A stretch of 64,000 nt of DNA from Faecalibacterium sp. CAG:74 (GTDB lineage Bacteria > Spirochaetota > Spirochaetia > Sphaerochaetales > Sphaerochaetaceae), in assembly GCA_963638045.1 (NCBI GenBank), contig CAVHPV010000002.1, positions 8 through 64,007 of the forward strand, read 5' to 3'. The notes beneath the pieces are model-generated. The model was given only the letters and a program-made list of their open reading frames with translations, was not told the DNA's origin and searched no databases. Below, one piece after another: positions 60,872 to 64,000 of this stretch (position 1 is the stretch's first letter; every line of letters begins with the position of its first letter). A program made the position numbers and the translations under genes.

Positions 60872-63800
60872 TCAAGTGTTACTCTTTTTGATTGTGTAGT
60901 ATCCTTCAGAATCCACAGCAGAAAGAGTGCAAGTGGTGTCTGTCAGTATACTGCTGTTCACAACCCAATTTACTTTTCCACCTTCCAGTTCTAACATCCC
61001 TTCCTTGTATACAAAACTTTGTACAAAATCTTTTGAAGAACTCTCATTTATAGTAAATTTACCACTTTTCACGGTTATATTATTCGCCTCAGTCCATTCT
61101 CCAGTGCTCGTTTCCGGGTAAAAAACCGCCTTTCCATTGCTCGTAAAATTGCAGTTATTCACGGTTACTTTGCCCCACACGTCAGTCAAAAATGCACCAT
61201 CCCCAGATATTTCAAAGTTACCATTATTTATGACTACTCCCTTCTCACCAAAGTAACCACATATTACATGGCTCTTTTCACCTTTTGTAACGAATGTCCC
61301 TCCATCAATCTCAACACTCATTTTTCCTGCCTTAACACCATCTTTCCCTTGGCTAGGAGTTTCTGTTGAAATAACGTAGGCCCAATTGGACTTCTCAGAT
61401 GTTGTAAATTTTCCATTTTTTATAACCAGGGATGTATATTCATCCCAGTCAGGATAAGAATATTTCACTTTTATAACATTTGCAGAAGTATTTTCAAATG
61501 TACCTCCACAAATCGTCAAATTAGAACTCCAGATGGTCAAATTATCAGCACTGCCTTTTGCAAGATAATTTCCACTCTCTATTGTAACATCCGACGTATA
61601 GATGCCAACAGCCCCTTCAATTCCACCATTTTCACAGGAATCTCTCAATATCATATTGCCACAGCCCGTATCTGGCTCCAAATATTCGCCAATATCAATT
61701 TTTCCAATCACCTTGTTTCCATTAAAGTCGATTGTCAGACCTTTCTTCTCAGAGATAACAGCATCTTCTGTGCATGTGATATCACCAAGCAATTTTATAG
61801 TTGAATTATCTTCAACATTAGAAATTGCGTTTTCAAGGCTTTCTGCACCGGCAACATACCATGTCTTCTCATCGGCAGATTTTACGGTTGCACCGTTGAA
61901 GTCAGCATTGAAAGACCAAGACTCATCAAATCCGATTAATGTCGTGCCTTCACCTTCGATATACACGTCCGGTATACCAGCATTCGCAGTAGTTTTTAAT
62001 TTAACATCGTTCAAAGATACCGTTGCAAAATAATACTCAACTGTCGGTTCTCCGCTTTCATCACTAATGGTAGCAGTAGTATATCCAACATAGAGGGCAC
62101 TATCGTAACTTACATTTGTAGATTCTTTTTTCGACTCTATGGTTGTTTTACTTATGGTATGAGAACCTCCGACCAATTCCAGAATCTTATTTCCACTCCC
62201 TTTTATTGTGGAGTTCTCAATTTTACCAACAGAAGGACAACCTATTACAACTGTTCTAATTCCAGTAGACTCCAAAGTAGAATTTTCAATTGTGACATTT
62301 GCTTTTTTTGTAGTATTAGAAAGCGCTCCATCCACATTCACAATCATTGAATTACTCGTAAGAATAGAATCCTTAATTGTAACTGAAGGATCTCCTGTAG
62401 AATTATTGGTTTCATTCTCCAATTCGGCATATATCAGACCATTCATATAAAATCCTGTACCAGTCTGTTCAAGATTTATGTCATCCAAGCACAAAGAATT
62501 GCCGTAGAAGACACCAAAAGCACAATCATCATAACTATTGGTTGCAGCTTTGATTGTTCCATTCTTTAAAGTCAATGAACAAGCGTTTTCCTCAGCCAGA
62601 GCGATGCAATAATCTCCCATATCTAATGTCTTCTGGCTCAAATCAATTGTTAAGCTCTTTGCGACAGAAATATCGCCTGTTAATGTTTCATCCTTCAGCA
62701 ATTTGATAGTGGCTCCTTTTTCAGCCCCAACTATTGCCTCAGAAAGAGTTTTATACAGCTTGTTATTACTGTCTACTGCGACCATATTTGTGGAGACAAT
62801 AGCATACTTACTGAAGTGATAGACAGTAAATTTCAAATATCCATCACCATTTCTATATTCTTCAATTACAGCTTTATTGTTTTCTGTTTCATTAACAGTA
62901 GTACCAACATAGACAATCTTCAGGTCTTCTGCTCCTCCCAGTCCAGGAGCAATATAGGTTTCAACAGTGGTACCTTCCTTTTTCTCGGAACTATCTGTAT
63001 TCGTTCCTGATAAATCTGCACTATTTGCACCAATAAGAGTAAATTCAAATCCAGCAACAACAGCCTCATCGATTTTAACAGTCTGTGAACTATCACCGCC
63101 AGATGGTTGAGTAGTTTCTGTTTTCACCTGGTAACTCGTATCTGAGGTTACCTCTGTTACAGGAATAGCCGTGACCGTCAGAGAGACGTTTGTTGCATTC
63201 TCCTTCATCTTCAAAGCACCTTCAGGGAATGACACTGTAGTTTTAGGAGCTTCAGTTGTAGTTGAGGAAGAGCCGGAGTCTCTAGTTTCAGATGTACTTG
63301 TTGCGGCAACATTTGCAGTTATAGATACAGGAGCTGTATTCTCAACTATCTTACTGTTATCAACAGTTTCTGTTGTTGTTTTTCCTTGACTGTCAACAAC
63401 GGTAATTGTGGTTGTACCTGTCTTGGTGCTGTCTGCTTTAGAAACTGCCGTTACCTCTTTTTTGACAGTCTCTTCTGCTGCAAGGGTTTCTTTATAATTA
63501 CAAACTTGACACCACTTATCTTTATTTACTTTGTCGTCGTATGTTGTAATAGCTATCTTATGCTTCTCTTCTGCTCCATAGTATCCACAGACACTGCACT
63601 CCTGGCGATGATTGACTGCACCGGTGCTGACATAGTTAAGGCTATGAGATGAGTAGTTCACTCTGCTCTTACATGTTGAACATGTCTGCCAATGACCGGT
63701 TTCATCATGAGAATATCCTGAAGAGAGTTTATGAACATGTCCAACTTGCGGGATTTCTTCTTCTCTCTCATAACCACAAACACTACAGACTCTGTGTCCT

Positions 63801-63997
63801 TTTCCTGTCTTGGATTCTGTTGCTGCTTCGTCTGTTATCAGATTACCAAATTTATGAGCTTCCTTACCGTCCTCTACATCGTGACCGCAGGTTGCTTTAT
63901 GCCAATGGTATGTTTCATTACTTGTCCATTCTTCTGAGAATGTGTGGACATGTGGTTCTTCACATGATACGGCAATAATCATTATGGCTAGAACCAT
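60872..63997 (-). CDS. Large surface lipoprotein: His/Cys modules, Thr-rich linker, beta-helix-like repeats (5' end probably beyond the window)
   Basis: At least 1041 aa. ...LAIMIIAVSC lipobox at the window edge. HVHTF...CGHD, CSVCGYE, CSTCKS and CSVCGYYG modules. The C-terminal two thirds are full of short G/N/T-rich repeats (TIKLL, NGNF, GGTF). Confidence 0.75.
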   Translation of the reverse strand: MVLAIMIIAVSCEEPHVHTFSEEWTSNETYHWHKATCGHDVEDGKEAHKFGNLITDEAATESKTGKGHRVCSVCGYEREEEIPQVGHVHKLSSGYSHDETGHWQTCSTCKSRVNYSSHSLNYVSTGAVNHRQECSVCGYYGAEEKHKIAITTYDDKVNKDKWCQVCNYKETLAAEETVKKEVTAVSKADSTKTGTTTITVVDSQGKTTTETVDNSKIVENTAPVSITANVAATSTSETRDSGSSSTTTEAPKTTVSFPEGALKMKENATNVSLTVTAIPVTEVTSDTSYQVKTETTQPSGGDSSQTVKIDEAVVAGFEFTLIGANSADLSGTNTDSSEKKEGTTVETYIAPGLGGAEDLKIVYVGTTVNETENNKAVIEEYRNGDGYLKFTVYHFSKYAIVSTNMVAVDSNNKLYKTLSEAIVGAEKGATIKLLKDETLTGDISVAKSLTIDLSQKTLDMGDYCIALAEENACSLTLKNGTIKAATNSYDDCAFGVFYGNSLCLDDINLEQTGTGFYMNGLIYAELENETNNSTGDPSVTIKDSILTSNSMIVNVDGALSNTTKKANVTIENSTLESTGIRTVVIGCPSVGKIENSTIKGSGNKILELVGGSHTISKTTIESKKESTNVSYDSALYVGYTTATISDESGEPTVEYYFATVSLNDVKLKTTANAGIPDVYIEGEGTTLIGFDESWSFNADFNGATVKSADEKTWYVAGAESLENAISNVEDNSTIKLLGDITCTEDAVISEKKGLTIDFNGNKVIGKIDIGEYLEPDTGCGNMILRDSCENGGIEGAVGIYTSDVTIESGNYLAKGSADNLTIWSSNLTICGGTFENTSANVIKVKYSYPDWDEYTSLVIKNGKFTTSEKSNWAYVISTETPSQGKDGVKAGKMSVEIDGGTFVTKGEKSHVICGYFGEKGVVINNGNFEISGDGAFLTDVWGKVTVNNCNFTSNGKAVFYPETSTGEWTEANNITVKSGKFTINESSSKDFVQSFVYKEGMLELEGGKVNWVVNSSILTDTTCTLSAVDSEGYYTIKKSNT

Positions 63998-64000
63998 AAC

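Overview
This is a 64-kb chromosomal segment from a mid-GC anaerobe. The gene content (Na+-pumping oxaloacetate decarboxylase, type III glutamine synthetase, an Rpn-family nuclease, several Cys-lipobox lipoproteins, a poly-G promoter tract) fits a Treponema-like spirochaete. That assignment is only an inference and cannot be established from this window. All protein calls come from motifs read by eye in the supplied translations; no database search was possible.

Most of the window is housekeeping:
- A GH36 alpha-galactosidase cluster, oadGAB, oleate hydratase with a TetR regulator, dCMP deaminase, and a fused Mo-aldehyde oxidoreductase.
- asd, mgtC, a zur/fur-ZIP pair, feoAAB, metK behind a SAM riboswitch, an M18 aminopeptidase, glnA type III, and pyrG.
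- lspA, nif3, a LonC-like protease, an NSS transporter, trmH/rsmI, and pspF-pspABC.

The unusual part is a set of small accessory inserts:
1. A GmrSD-like DUF262/DUF1524 restriction gene sits between two perfect 1,519-bp direct repeats of a surface-lipoprotein gene. One copy is intact and one is 5'-truncated.
2. An MqsR-like toxin and an MqsA-Panacea fusion antitoxin sit between two 425-bp direct repeats. Each repeat carries a complete small membrane-protein gene.
3. A PIN/Phd toxin-antitoxin pair is bounded by a diverged 38-bp direct repeat.

This recurrent A-B-A (repeat-cassette-repeat) layout suggests that defence and TA cassettes are gained by single-crossover integration and can be lost by recombination between the repeats.

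Other signals worth a second look:
- A G9 tract lies in the -35/-10 spacer of the intact lipoprotein promoter.
- Five decamer repeats are phased at exactly 32 bp in front of a DUF4143 AAA ATPase gene.
- A WYL regulator is translationally coupled to a DEDD exonuclease.
- OadA carries two biotinyl domains.
- A terminator lies in the leader just upstream of pyrG.

No rRNA, tRNA, CRISPR array, transposase-bounded IS or prophage was seen.
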